A stretch of 64,000 nt of DNA, from contig CAWFKH010000001.1 of the NCBI GenBank assembly GCA_963816355.1, positions 224,001 through 288,000 of the forward strand. The letters are read 5' to 3'. The notes beneath the pieces are model-generated. The model ran no database searches. It worked only from the letters and a program-made list of their open reading frames with translations, and had not been told where the DNA came from. How positions within the stretch are numbered: position 1 is the stretch's first letter; each line of letters starts with the position of its first letter. This document shows, in pieces, positions 47,540 through 56,288 of this stretch. The DNA comes from an uncultured Gemmatimonadales bacterium (GTDB lineage: Bacteria; Gemmatimonadota; Gemmatimonadetes; Longimicrobiales; RSA9). Both the position numbers and the translations under genes were made by a program.

Positions 47540-48453
47540 CGCTCGCCTCCGAGCGCGCGTCGCAACATCGGCGCGAGGAAGGCGGCGAGAAGGCCGAGAA
47601 GCAGGCCGGCGGTGGCGTCGACGCCGTAGTGGAAGCCCCCGTACACCGCCCCCACGGCCAGCCCGGCGGTGAGCACGAGCACGGGGACCAGCAGCCAGGG
47701 CATGAAACGCGCGACGTTGACGCACTGGGCGACGGAGACGCCGACGTGCGAGGACGGGAACGCGGCGCCGCGGCTCGAGCCGGCCTCGAGGATGCGGTGC
47801 GCGAGGGCGTACGCGTGGCCCCGCGCGATCACGCCGCCGGGGGCCGGGAAGAGATAGCGCGGACCCTGTACGGGGAAGTAGACGAAGAAGAGGTAGTGCG
47901 CGAAGAAGGCCAGCATCAGCGTGAACAACGCGCGCGCGAACGCCTCGCGCCGTCCAGTGACGTAGAGCAGGAGAGGCGGACCGTAGATGATGAGGTAGTA
48001 CGAGAGGTACGACGCGTGGAGCGCCTCCGAAAGCGGGAGGCGGGGCAGCCGCCTCGCCAGGTCACGGCTCGGCTGACCGTGAAAGACGAGCGCTTCCCAC
48101 CGCTGCACGATGGGGTCGAAGTAGCGGCCGTTCCACACTGCCAGGTTGAGACCCGCGAGCTCGCCGTACAGCGCGGGGATGAGCAGGAGCGGATACCAGT
48201 CTCCCAGCACGGTCGCGATCGCGGGGAAGCGGCGATGGAACGTGGCGACGGCGCCGCGCAGCGGCCCGACGCGGAACGCCAGCGCGGCGCCCGCGAGGTG
48301 CATCGCGAGCAGCGCCCACGCGCCCTCCCGGCGGTGCGGGAAGAGGAAGGCGCCGGCGGAGAGGAGCAGGTAGAGGCCGAAGAGGCGATCGATCGGCCGT
48401 GGCGCGGCACCCGCGACCGGCGCCGGCCGTGTCGCAGAAGATGTCTCGTTCAG
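47536..48453 (-). CDS. PAP2-superfamily membrane enzyme, Aur1/IPC-synthase-like (likely CTG start)
   Basis: SYLSYY, FPVQGPRY, AAFPSSH, FHYGVD motifs; multiple TMs; CTG overlaps the upstream TGA. Confidence 0.85.
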   Translation of the reverse strand: MNETSSATRPAPVAGAAPRPIDRLFGLYLLLSAGAFLFPHRREGAWALLAMHLAGAALAFRVGPLRGAVATFHRRFPAIATVLGDWYPLLLIPALYGELAGLNLAVWNGRYFDPIVQRWEALVFHGQPSRDLARRLPRLPLSEALHASYLSYYLIIYGPPLLLYVTGRREAFARALFTLMLAFFAHYLFFVYFPVQGPRYLFPAPGGVIARGHAYALAHRILEAGSSRGAAFPSSHVGVSVAQCVNVARFMPWLLVPVLVLTAGLAVGAVYGGFHYGVDATAGLLLGLLAAFLAPMLRRALGGER

Positions 48454-49586
48454 AGGCCCTTGTCGTACATGCGGTACGTTCGGTAGACGACGGCGCCCAT
48501 GCGCTCCAGCGCGTGTCGCATCTCCCAGTTGTCCTCGAGGATCCAGGAGCATTCGCCGCCCCGGATGCCGTGCTTCGGCGCGTTGCGGAACATCTCCAGG
48601 TAGAGCATCGCGTCCACGCCGGTGCGGCGGTAGCCCGGCTTGATGCCGAGCGTGATGACGCGAACCCAGTCGATCTTGCGGCTGTACCAGAGCAGCTTCG
48701 GCAGGCCGAACGGCAGCAGACGACCGTTGATGCGGTGCAGGGCGTAGTTGAAATCCGGGAGCCCGATGCCGAACGCGATCGGCTCGCCCTCCGCCTCCGC
48801 GATCAGGATGAAGTCCGGATTCGCCACCGGCTTCAGCTGTTTGGCGAGGAAGGTGAACTCCTCGTGCGTCATCGGAACGAAGCCCCAGTTCCGCTCCCAT
48901 GCCTGATTGTAGATCGCCTCCATCACGGCGACCTCTTCGTCGAACCGCTTCATGTCGGCCACGCGAACCGTGAGGCCGCGCCGGGCGGCCAGCCGCTCGA
49001 CGCCGGCCACGAGACGCGGCTGCGGCCCGATCGAATCGATCCTGTAGGCGAGCAGGTCCTTCGCCTTGGCGTAGCCCGCCGCCTCGATCAGGTCGGCGTA
49101 ATACGGCGGGTTGTACGTCATCATGATCACGGGCGGCCCGTCGAAGCCGTCCACGAGAAGCCCCATCTCCTCGTTGCTCGAGAAGTTGGCCGGCCCCCGC
49201 ACCGCATCCATGCCCCGCTCCCGCAGCCACGCTCCGGCGGCGTCAAGCAGCGCGCGCGCCACGTCGACGTCGTCCACCGCCTCGAAGAAGCCGAAGAAGC
49301 CGAGATGGTCGCCGTGGAACTCGTTGTGGGCGTGATTGACGACGGCGGCGATCCGTCCGACCACCTCTCCGGCGCGCCGCGCCAGGAAGTACTCGACGTC
49401 TGCGTGGCGGTGGAAGGGGTGCTTGGAGCGGTCGAGGAGGGTCTTCACGTCGTGCAGCAGAGGGGGGACCCAGTTCGGATCCCCCGCGTAGATCTTCCAC
49501 GGGAAGTGGAGGAACTCCTTGCGGTCGCGCCGGCCGCGCACGGGGGCGACGACGAGGCCCCCGGCGCCGGTGGGCGCAGGGCTCAT
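48450..49586 (-). CDS. GNAT-family N-acyltransferase, bacterial ceramide synthase (CerS)-like
   Basis: DPNWVPPL, VVGRIAA, GFFGFFE, GLLVDGF, YNPPYY, NWGFVP, SWILEDN; coupled to the spt stop. Confidence 0.8.
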   Translation of the reverse strand: MSPAPTGAGGLVVAPVRGRRDRKEFLHFPWKIYAGDPNWVPPLLHDVKTLLDRSKHPFHRHADVEYFLARRAGEVVGRIAAVVNHAHNEFHGDHLGFFGFFEAVDDVDVARALLDAAGAWLRERGMDAVRGPANFSSNEEMGLLVDGFDGPPVIMMTYNPPYYADLIEAAGYAKAKDLLAYRIDSIGPQPRLVAGVERLAARRGLTVRVADMKRFDEEVAVMEAIYNQAWERNWGFVPMTHEEFTFLAKQLKPVANPDFILIAEAEGEPIAFGIGLPDFNYALHRINGRLLPFGLPKLLWYSRKIDWVRVITLGIKPGYRRTGVDAMLYLEMFRNAPKHGIRGGECSWILEDNWEMRHALERMGAVVYRTYRMYDKGL

Positions 49587-50764
49587 ATCACGCCCGCCCG
49601 CTTCCCGATCCGATCGAAGGCATCGAGGACGTGGTCCACGTGCTCGTCGCTGTGCGTCGCCATCATGGAGACGCGCAGCCGGCACGAGCTCGGTGGCACG
49701 GCGGGCGAGGTGACGGGGTTGGTGTAGACGCCGGCGTCGAACAGGTCCCGCCAGAAACCGAGGGTCCGGTACAGCTCGCCGATGTGGACGGGGATGATCG
49801 GTGTGACGCTGCCGCCCAGGTCGTAGCCGAGCTCGCGCAGGCCGGCCTGCATCCGTCGCGTGTTGCGCCACAGCCGTTCGCGCCGTTCCGGCTCCTCCTC
49901 GATCACGTCGAGCGCCGCGATCACGGTGGCCACCGACGCCGGCGGCATGCTCGCGCTGAAGATCAGGCTGCGGGCGTGGTGCTTCAGGTAATGAATCACG
50001 GGCTCGTCGCCCGCGATCACGCCGCCGATCGAAGCGAGCGACTTGGAGAAGGTGCCCATGATGAGGCCGACATCCTTCTCCAGGCCGAAGTGCTGCGCCG
50101 TGCCGCCGCCATTGTCCCCGAGCACGCCGAGCGAGTGCGCATCGTCGATCATCACCTCGGCGCCGTACTTCTTCGTCAGCTCGGTCAGCGCCGGCAGATC
50201 GACGATGTCGCCTTCCATCGAGAAGATACCGTCCGTGACGACGAGCTTCCCTTCCTCGTCCGGCGTCTCCATCAGCAGCCGCTCGAGCGTACCGAAGTCG
50301 CCGTGGCCGTAGCGATGCACGCGGCCGTAGGAGAGGCGCGCGCCGTCCACGATGCTCGCGTGGTTCAGCTTGTCGAGGTAGACGTTGTCGTTGCGGCCGA
50401 CCAGGGTCGCGATGGCGCCGAGGTTGCTCTGGAAGCCGGTGCTGAAGACGAGCGCGGACTCCTTCCCCATGAAGCTCGCGAGTCGCTCCTCGAGCTGCTC
50501 GTGGAGATCGAGCGTGCCGTTGAGGAAGCGGCTGCCGGTACACCCGCTGCCGTAACGACGCAGCGCCTGCTGCGCCGCATCCAGCACCTTCGGATGATGC
50601 GTCAGGCCGAGGTAGTTGTTGGAGCCGACCATGATCTTCCGCTCGCCGCGGATGATCACCTCGGTGTCGTAGGAGGCCTCGATCGGCTGGAAATACGGGT
50701 AGAGGCCCGCGGCCTGCGCTTCACGCGCCTGCGTGTAGCTTCGGCACTTGTCGAAGAGGCCCAT
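49583..50764 (-). CDS. spt: serine palmitoyltransferase (alpha-oxoamine synthase family)
   Basis: GLYPYF, GSNNYLGL, GCTGSRFLNGT, NHASIVDG, DDAH, PLP lysine in GTFSKS; flanked by CerS- and CerR-like genes. Confidence 0.8.
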   Translation of the reverse strand: MGLFDKCRSYTQAREAQAAGLYPYFQPIEASYDTEVIIRGERKIMVGSNNYLGLTHHPKVLDAAQQALRRYGSGCTGSRFLNGTLDLHEQLEERLASFMGKESALVFSTGFQSNLGAIATLVGRNDNVYLDKLNHASIVDGARLSYGRVHRYGHGDFGTLERLLMETPDEEGKLVVTDGIFSMEGDIVDLPALTELTKKYGAEVMIDDAHSLGVLGDNGGGTAQHFGLEKDVGLIMGTFSKSLASIGGVIAGDEPVIHYLKHHARSLIFSASMPPASVATVIAALDVIEEEPERRERLWRNTRRMQAGLRELGYDLGGSVTPIIPVHIGELYRTLGFWRDLFDAGVYTNPVTSPAVPPSSCRLRVSMMATHSDEHVDHVLDAFDRIGKRAGVI

Positions 50765-50833
50765 CGCTGCTCCCTTCATCGGACCCGGAACGCTCGTATT
50801 CAAACGATCCTCTCCCGACGGCGCCTGGCGCCG

Positions 50834-51811
50834 CTAAAGATCACCGTGTTCGCGGTACCAGCGTACCGTCTGCTCGAGTCCATCGCGCAACGTGTAACGC
50901 GGCTCCCACCCGAGCTGATCGCGCGCCCGCCCGGTTTCGCAGAGCCACCCTTCGGCCAACAGCTCACGTGCCTTGTCCCGGTTGAAGATCGAGGCACGAC
51001 CAACCCACCCCGACGCCGCTTCGACCGCCGCGGCCGAGCCTCGCACCGCCCACGCCGGAAGGCGCACCCGGCGGACGCGGCGGCCCACCACCTCCGCGAT
51101 CATCTCCGCCACCTCCGCCCAGCGATACGCGCGGGGCTCCGCGACCTGATAGATCCCCGCCACCGCGTCGGCGCTGCACGCCCGCACGATCGAGCGCGCG
51201 AGGTCTTCCACATGCACCAGCTGAACCCATCGGTCCGGCCCGGCCGGCATGGGCAGGATACCGCGCCGCGCGAGGCGGAAATAGATCAACAGGTCGCGAT
51301 CGCCGGGACCGTACACGGCGGGCGCCCGGATCACGGCCCGCTCCGGCGGCGCCACGGCGCCGAGCACCGCCCGCTCGGCTTCGAGCTTCGTCCGGCCGTA
51401 CGCCGTTATCGGCCGCGCGGGATCGTCCTCCGCGACCGGCCGGCCGCCCGACGACGGCCCCGCCGCCGCCATGGTGCTCATGTGGACGAGTCGTCGCGGC
51501 CCCCGTTCCGCAACCTGCGCCGCGCGCAGGAGGTTCCGCGTCGCCGTGACGTTCGCCGCCGCATACTCCCGCTCGGAGCGCGCCCGCGTCGCGGCCGCCA
51601 GGTGGACCACAACGCCGGTGTCCGCGAGGGCCGCAGCGATCGACGCCGGATCGGCGAAGGACCCCGCGCGTCGCGCGACTCCGAGGCGGTCCAGCTCCGT
51701 CACCGACGTCGCTTCACGCGTGAACGCGACCGGATCGATGCCGGCTCGCTTCAACTCCGCTACCAGATTGCGGCCGACGAAACCGGTCGCACCGGTGACG
51801 AGCGCCCTCAG
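50834..51811 (-). CDS. NAD-dependent epimerase/dehydratase family, ceramide reductase (CerR)-like (non-standard start)
   Basis: LRALVTGATGFVG Rossmann motif (upstream of the ORF-track start), VVHLAA, YGRTK, VYGPGD. Confidence 0.8.
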   Translation of the reverse strand: MRALVTGATGFVGRNLVAELKRAGIDPVAFTREATSVTELDRLGVARRAGSFADPASIAAALADTGVVVHLAAATRARSEREYAAANVTATRNLLRAAQVAERGPRRLVHMSTMAAAGPSSGGRPVAEDDPARPITAYGRTKLEAERAVLGAVAPPERAVIRAPAVYGPGDRDLLIYFRLARRGILPMPAGPDRWVQLVHVEDLARSIVRACSADAVAGIYQVAEPRAYRWAEVAEMIAEVVGRRVRRVRLPAWAVRGSAAAVEAASGWVGRASIFNRDKARELLAEGWLCETGRARDQLGWEPRYTLRDGLEQTVRWYREHGDL

Positions 51812-51858
51812 GAGCCCACCCTCGGCGCGGCGTCGCGGAGGGGGCGCAACAGGTCCAT
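51808..51858 (-). other. 16-codon upstream ORF (MDLLRPLRDAAPRVGS), or frameshifted N-terminus of the reductase
   Basis: ATG 7 bp after the -10 box; its TGA overlaps the reductase CTG (CTGA). Confidence 0.45.
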
Positions 51859-51865
51859 TCCGCGA

Positions 51866-51894
51866 AAGCTACCGCACGCCCGGTACGGGATCAA
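51866..51894 (-). promoter_or_regulatory. sigma70-type promoter of the sphingolipid operon
   Basis: TTGATC-17 bp-TAGCTT-7 bp-ATG. Confidence 0.65.
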
Positions 51895-53282
51895 GGCGAG
51901 TGGCCGTGCGGCCGCCCGTCGGGGTCGCTCGCGCGGCGCGTCCGGGCGGCGCCGAGGGTGCGCGAGATCTCCTGCTCCAGTACGTCCAGCGCATGGTCGA
52001 GTTGCGCGCGGGCGATGCCGAGCGGGGGCGTGATCGCGACGACGTCGGCCGCCGGACCCTCCGTGAGCAGGATGATGCCGCGCCGCAGGCAACGCTCGAC
52101 GACCTCCGCCGCGACGGCGGCGGGTGCTGCTCCGTCCACGGAGGCGGGGACGCGAAATCCGCGCAGCAGCCCGATGCCGCGGACCGATCGCGCGGGGAGC
52201 CCGTGACGCTCCGCGAGGCGCAGGAGGCGTCGCTCCACGCGCGCGCCGAGGCGCTCGGCGCGGCGGACGAGGCCGCGCCGCCCGATCACCTCGAGCTGCG
52301 CGAGGGCGGCGGCGCAGGCGATCGGGTTGCCCAGGAACGTGCTCGTGTGCAGCGCCTCGCCGCGCCACGCCGGCCACGCCGCCATCACCTCCGGCGTGCC
52401 GAGCGCTACGCTGAGCGGCAGGGCCCCCGACAGCGCTTTCCCCGCCACCAGCAGGTCCGGGACGACGCCCGTGTGCTCGCACGCGAACCAGCGACCCGTC
52501 CGGCCGAAGCCGGTGTAGATCTCGTCGAAGACGAGGATGGCACCGCGCTCGGTGCATAGCGCGCGCAGCGCCGGCAGGAACGTCAATGGCGGGACGACGA
52601 GGCCGCCGCGGCCGAGCACGGGCTCGACGATCACGGTGCCCGCGCCCTCGTCCAGGGCGCGCGCCACGGTGGTGAGCGCCGCCGCGGCGTCGCCGTCCGC
52701 GGCGTCGGGGTAGGGCGCGAAACGGACGTCGTGGAAGAGCTGCGCCTGGAACGGCTGGCGGAACTCCGCGCGGCCGGTCACGGCGAGGGCGCCGTAAGTG
52801 AGGCCGTGATACGAGCCCTCGAACGCGACGATGCCGGGACGGCCGCTCGCGAGCAGCGCGGTCTTGAGCGCCGCCTCGACGGCCTCGGCGCCGGCGCTTG
52901 CGAGGAGTCCCACGGAGAGCGGACCGGGCGCGATGTCCGCGAGCCGCTCGAGCAGGCGCAGCTTCGGCTCGTTCGGGTGCACGTCGCCCAGACCGTGGGC
53001 GAGGCGCCGTGCCTGCGCCGCGATCGCGCGCGCCACGTGCGGCTCCGAGTGGCCCGCGGCCGCGACCCCGAATCCGGCGGTCAGATCGATGTAGACATTG
53101 CCGTCGACGTCGCGTACGTTCGCGCCCCGAGCGGCGTGCCAAAAGATCGGCGGCGACTCGACGCCGGGGGCGATGTTGCGCGATTCGACCCGCCGCATCC
53201 GGCCTGCGAGTGCGCGCGAGCGCGGACCGGGAACCTCGGTGCGCAGGCGAGGCAGACCGCGGCCGGGCTTCTCGCGCTTCAC
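51891..53282 (-). CDS. class III PLP-dependent aminotransferase (GabT/ArgD-like)
   Basis: VPGPRS, DVDGNVYID, GAEAVEAALK, SYHG, FDEIYTGFGRTG, AGKALSG. Confidence 0.9.
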   Translation of the reverse strand: MKREKPGRGLPRLRTEVPGPRSRALAGRMRRVESRNIAPGVESPPIFWHAARGANVRDVDGNVYIDLTAGFGVAAAGHSEPHVARAIAAQARRLAHGLGDVHPNEPKLRLLERLADIAPGPLSVGLLASAGAEAVEAALKTALLASGRPGIVAFEGSYHGLTYGALAVTGRAEFRQPFQAQLFHDVRFAPYPDAADGDAAAALTTVARALDEGAGTVIVEPVLGRGGLVVPPLTFLPALRALCTERGAILVFDEIYTGFGRTGRWFACEHTGVVPDLLVAGKALSGALPLSVALGTPEVMAAWPAWRGEALHTSTFLGNPIACAAALAQLEVIGRRGLVRRAERLGARVERRLLRLAERHGLPARSVRGIGLLRGFRVPASVDGAAPAAVAAEVVERCLRRGIILLTEGPAADVVAITPPLGIARAQLDHALDVLEQEISRTLGAARTRRASDPDGRPHGHSP

Positions 53283-53342
53283 GAGCGCACGAGCGTTGCG
53301 CCCGCCGGCGGGACGGATGGAGCCGATGAGATCAGCATGGGC

Positions 53343-53822
53343 ATGAATATAGTACCGGGGACTCGCACCGCTCTCTTCGCCGCCGTCGTGGCGTGCGCGG
53401 CGGGGTGTGGCGCGCCGCCCGGCGGCGCCGCTCCTGCCTCCGTTCCGTCGGAGCGGTCCGGACCGTCCGGCGGGGACGCCGTCCCGGAGGCGGAGGGCCC
53501 GCCGGATGCCGCGGCCGCTCCGGAGCGAGGCGCCACGCCGCGCCGCATCTACTATCGCCTGACGGATTTCGCCTGGTACCTGCAGGGCGAGCCGCTGCTC
53601 GCCGACGGGCGGGCGTATGCCGTCGCGGGACCGCCGCTGCGCATCGAAGCGGCCGCTCTGCGCCTGGCGGGGAGCTACCAGGGCGTCGACTACTACCGTG
53701 CCGCCCCGGCCGATTCGGCGACCGTCTACGTTCCGGTCTCGCCGCGCTACTGGGTCCCGTTCAGCGCCGTGCTGACGGGCGGATCCGACGGCGCGGTCCG
53801 CGGCGACGGATCGGTGGAGTGA
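53343..53822 (+). CDS. hypothetical lipoprotein
   Basis: Signal peptide ending CAAG-C, P/A-rich linker, aromatic-rich domain; GTGA overlap with next gene. Confidence 0.65.
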   Translation: MNIVPGTRTALFAAVVACAAGCGAPPGGAAPASVPSERSGPSGGDAVPEAEGPPDAAAAPERGATPRRIYYRLTDFAWYLQGEPLLADGRAYAVAGPPLRIEAAALRLAGSYQGVDYYRAAPADSATVYVPVSPRYWVPFSAVLTGGSDGAVRGDGSVE

Positions 53823-54757
53823 GCGAAGAGCGACGTCCGGCCCGCGCGCTGCCAGGCGCGCTGCGCGCCGGCCAGGCGGTCGCGCTCGTCGCACCCGGCG
53901 GACCCGTCTCCGGGCGAAGGATCGCCGCCGCGGAGCGCCGCTGTCGCGCTCTGGGGCTCGAGCCCGTGCTCGGAGGCGCCGTCCACGGGCGGCTCGGCTA
54001 TCTTTCCGGTGAGGACGCGGCGCGCGCCGAGGACCTCGCGCGCGCCGTCGCGGATCCCGCCATCGCGGCGGTGTGGGCGGTGCGAGGCGGCTACGGCGCG
54101 ATGCGCATCTTGGACCGCGTCGACCTGCGGCCGCTGCGTCGCATGCCGAAGCCGTTCATCGGCTTCAGCGACAACACGGCGATCCACCTCGCGCTCGACC
54201 GCCTGGACGTCGTCTCCTACCACGGTCCGCACGCCGGCGCCCAGGAGTTCCCGGCCTGGACCGAGGCGTGTTTCCGGCGCATCCTCTTCGACGGAGGCGG
54301 CGCGGGCGCGCTGCCGGCGGACGACGAGGCCGAGCGTCCCACGACGCTGCGCGAAGGCGTCGCGGAGGGCAGGTTGGCGGGCGGCAACCTCGCGCTGCTC
54401 GCGGCGCTCTGCGGCACGCCCTACGCGCTGCGGGGGCGCGGACGCATCGTGGTGGTGGAGGACGTGGGCGAGCCGGTGTACCGGATCGACCGCATGCTCG
54501 TGCAGCTCGAGCTCGCGGGCTGCTTCGACGGCGCCGCGGGCCTGGCGTTCGGCCAGTTCACCGAGGTCGACACCCGCGCGGACGAGCGTCCCCTCGGCGA
54601 CGTGCTGCGTGAACGCGCGAGCGCGATCGGCGTACCGGCGGTGGCGGGACTGCCGATCGGGCACGGCGCACGGAGCTGGACGTTGCCGCTCGGCGTCCGC
54701 GTTCGCCTGGACGCCGACGCCCGCACGCTCGAGCTGCTCGAGCCGTCGACCGCGTGA
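53819..54757 (+). CDS. ldcA: LD-carboxypeptidase (peptidase S66)
   Basis: RGGYG, GFSDNT, GGNL, EDVGE, PIGHG. Confidence 0.9.
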   Translation: MSEERRPARALPGALRAGQAVALVAPGGPVSGRRIAAAERRCRALGLEPVLGGAVHGRLGYLSGEDAARAEDLARAVADPAIAAVWAVRGGYGAMRILDRVDLRPLRRMPKPFIGFSDNTAIHLALDRLDVVSYHGPHAGAQEFPAWTEACFRRILFDGGGAGALPADDEAERPTTLREGVAEGRLAGGNLALLAALCGTPYALRGRGRIVVVEDVGEPVYRIDRMLVQLELAGCFDGAAGLAFGQFTEVDTRADERPLGDVLRERASAIGVPAVAGLPIGHGARSWTLPLGVRVRLDADARTLELLEPSTA

Positions 54758-54777
54758 AAGCGAAGGAGGCGCGCTTC

Positions 54778-55365
54778 ATGGCACGCATCTACACGAGGAC
54801 CGGCGACGCCGGCGAGACCGGACTCTTCGGCGGCGGCCGCGTTTCGAAGGCGGACGCACGCGTCGCGGCGTACGGCGGCGTCGACGAGCTGAACGCGGCG
54901 CTCGGCTGCGTGCTCGCGCTGGGGCCGGACGACGACGTCGCGCGCCTGATCGGCGCCGCGCAGGCCCAGCTTTTCGCGCTCGGCGCGCACCTCGCGACGC
55001 CGCCCCGCCCGCGTGGACGGTCGCCGGCGCTGCCGCCGCTCCCTACTGCGGCGGTCGGCGAGATGGAAGCGGCGATCGACCGGCTGGAGGCGGAGCTGCC
55101 GCCGCTGCGGAGCTTCATCCTGCCCGGCGGATCCGCCGCGGGCGCCGCGCTGCACTTCGCGCGTACCGTCTGCAGACGCGCCGAGCGGGGCGTCGTCGCG
55201 CTCGCCGCGGCGGGGACGGTGGACGCCTCGGTCCTCGCCTACCTCAACCGGTTCTCCGATCTGCTGTTCGTCCTCGCCCGGGTCGTGAACCACCGCGCGG
55301 GCGTGCCGGAGCCGACGTGGAGCGGGTCGGCGGAAGGGGACGGGACCGCGGTCGAGCGACGCTGA
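54778..55365 (+). CDS. ATP:cob(I)alamin adenosyltransferase (PduO type)
   Basis: [44 protein letters not shown]. Confidence 0.95.
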   Translation: MARIYTRTGDAGETGLFGGGRVSKADARVAAYGGVDELNAALGCVLALGPDDDVARLIGAAQAQLFALGAHLATPPRPRGRSPALPPLPTAAVGEMEAAIDRLEAELPPLRSFILPGGSAAGAALHFARTVCRRAERGVVALAAAGTVDASVLAYLNRFSDLLFVLARVVNHRAGVPEPTWSGSAEGDGTAVERR

Positions 55366-55505
55366 ACCCCCTCTCGCGACCCGCCGCCGGGAAGGGCCCA
55401 GGGGCTCTTGCGAGGCAAAGGGCCCGCGTGCACTATGCAAGCCGAAACCGGTCCGGGGTTGGGTGGGGACCGGCTCGAAGCGATAGGAAGTGGCCGGAGG
55501 AGCCA

Positions 55506-55739
55506 ATGCCATACGTGATCGCCGAACCGTGCATCGGGACCAAGGACGCGAGCTGCGTCGAGGTCTGTCCGGTCGATTGCATATATGAAGGGGAGGACCA
55601 GTACTACATCCATCCGGACGAGTGCATCGACTGCGGCGCGTGCGAGCCGGAGTGCCCGGTCACCGCGATCTTTCCGGATACCGACGTGCCGCCCGAATGG
55701 ACCGACTACATCGAGAAGAACCGGGTGCACTTCGAGTAG
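55506..55739 (+). CDS. dicluster ferredoxin (7Fe FdxA type)
   Basis: [10 protein letters not shown] and [26 protein letters not shown]-17-CACTAT upstream. Confidence 0.95.
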   Translation: MPYVIAEPCIGTKDASCVEVCPVDCIYEGEDQYYIHPDECIDCGACEPECPVTAIFPDTDVPPEWTDYIEKNRVHFE

Positions 55740-55778
55740 GCGCGGGGTCGCCGCCAGCGGCGGCGATCGCGCGTGCAC

Positions 55779-55810
55779 GGGGGGCGACGCGGATTCGCGC
55801 GTCGCCCCCC
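55779..55810. terminator. 13-bp hairpin after ferredoxin
   Basis: GGGGGGCGACGCG-GATTCG-CGCGTCGCCCCCC. Confidence 0.6.
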
Positions 55811-55899
55811 GCTCGCTTCGACGTGCCCGCGACGGCGGCGGCTGCCGCTATGGGAATCCGCCGAGCCGTCGTGAAGCGGCTCGACCGGCACCGTCCGGA

Positions 55900-56130
55900 T
55901 CAGAGGCCGGCGGCCCGGATCGCGTCGAGCTCGAGCGCGGGCGGAGCGCCGTCGGCCGGCGTCGTGGGCGCGATGTCGAGACCGGACTGCTCGTGGCGCG
56001 AACGCCCGATCAGGACGCTTGCGGCGACGGCGCCGGCAGCGACGAACGCGAGCCCGAGGGTGCGAACGACGACGCCGCTCCTCCGAACGGTTCCTGCCAG
56101 GTCGGGCACTTTCTCCAGCTTGCGGGACAT
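55900..56130 (-). CDS. small hypothetical membrane protein (76 aa)
   Basis: MSRKLEK... with one hydrophobic segment and acceptable codon usage. Confidence 0.45.
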   Translation of the reverse strand: MSRKLEKVPDLAGTVRRSGVVVRTLGLAFVAAGAVAASVLIGRSRHEQSGLDIAPTTPADGAPPALELDAIRAAGL

Positions 56131-56288
56131 CTCGGCCAATCTCAGCTTCTGCGGTGAATCGGGGAGCGACTCGAAGAGCGCCGTCCATAGAACGAACGAG
56201 CACCCTCGATGTTGACTATTCCTTCCACGGGCAAAGCGTTCCGCGCCCCGCCCGATCGTTCGCGATCGGGCCTCGACGAGCCGTGACC

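Noticed and set aside
49631..52033. 800-aa plus-strand ORF and similar R/A/P/G-rich long ORFs (22108-23967, 24700-26631, 33073-35367)
   Set aside because: Overlap well-supported genes on the opposite strand and have off-frame composition.
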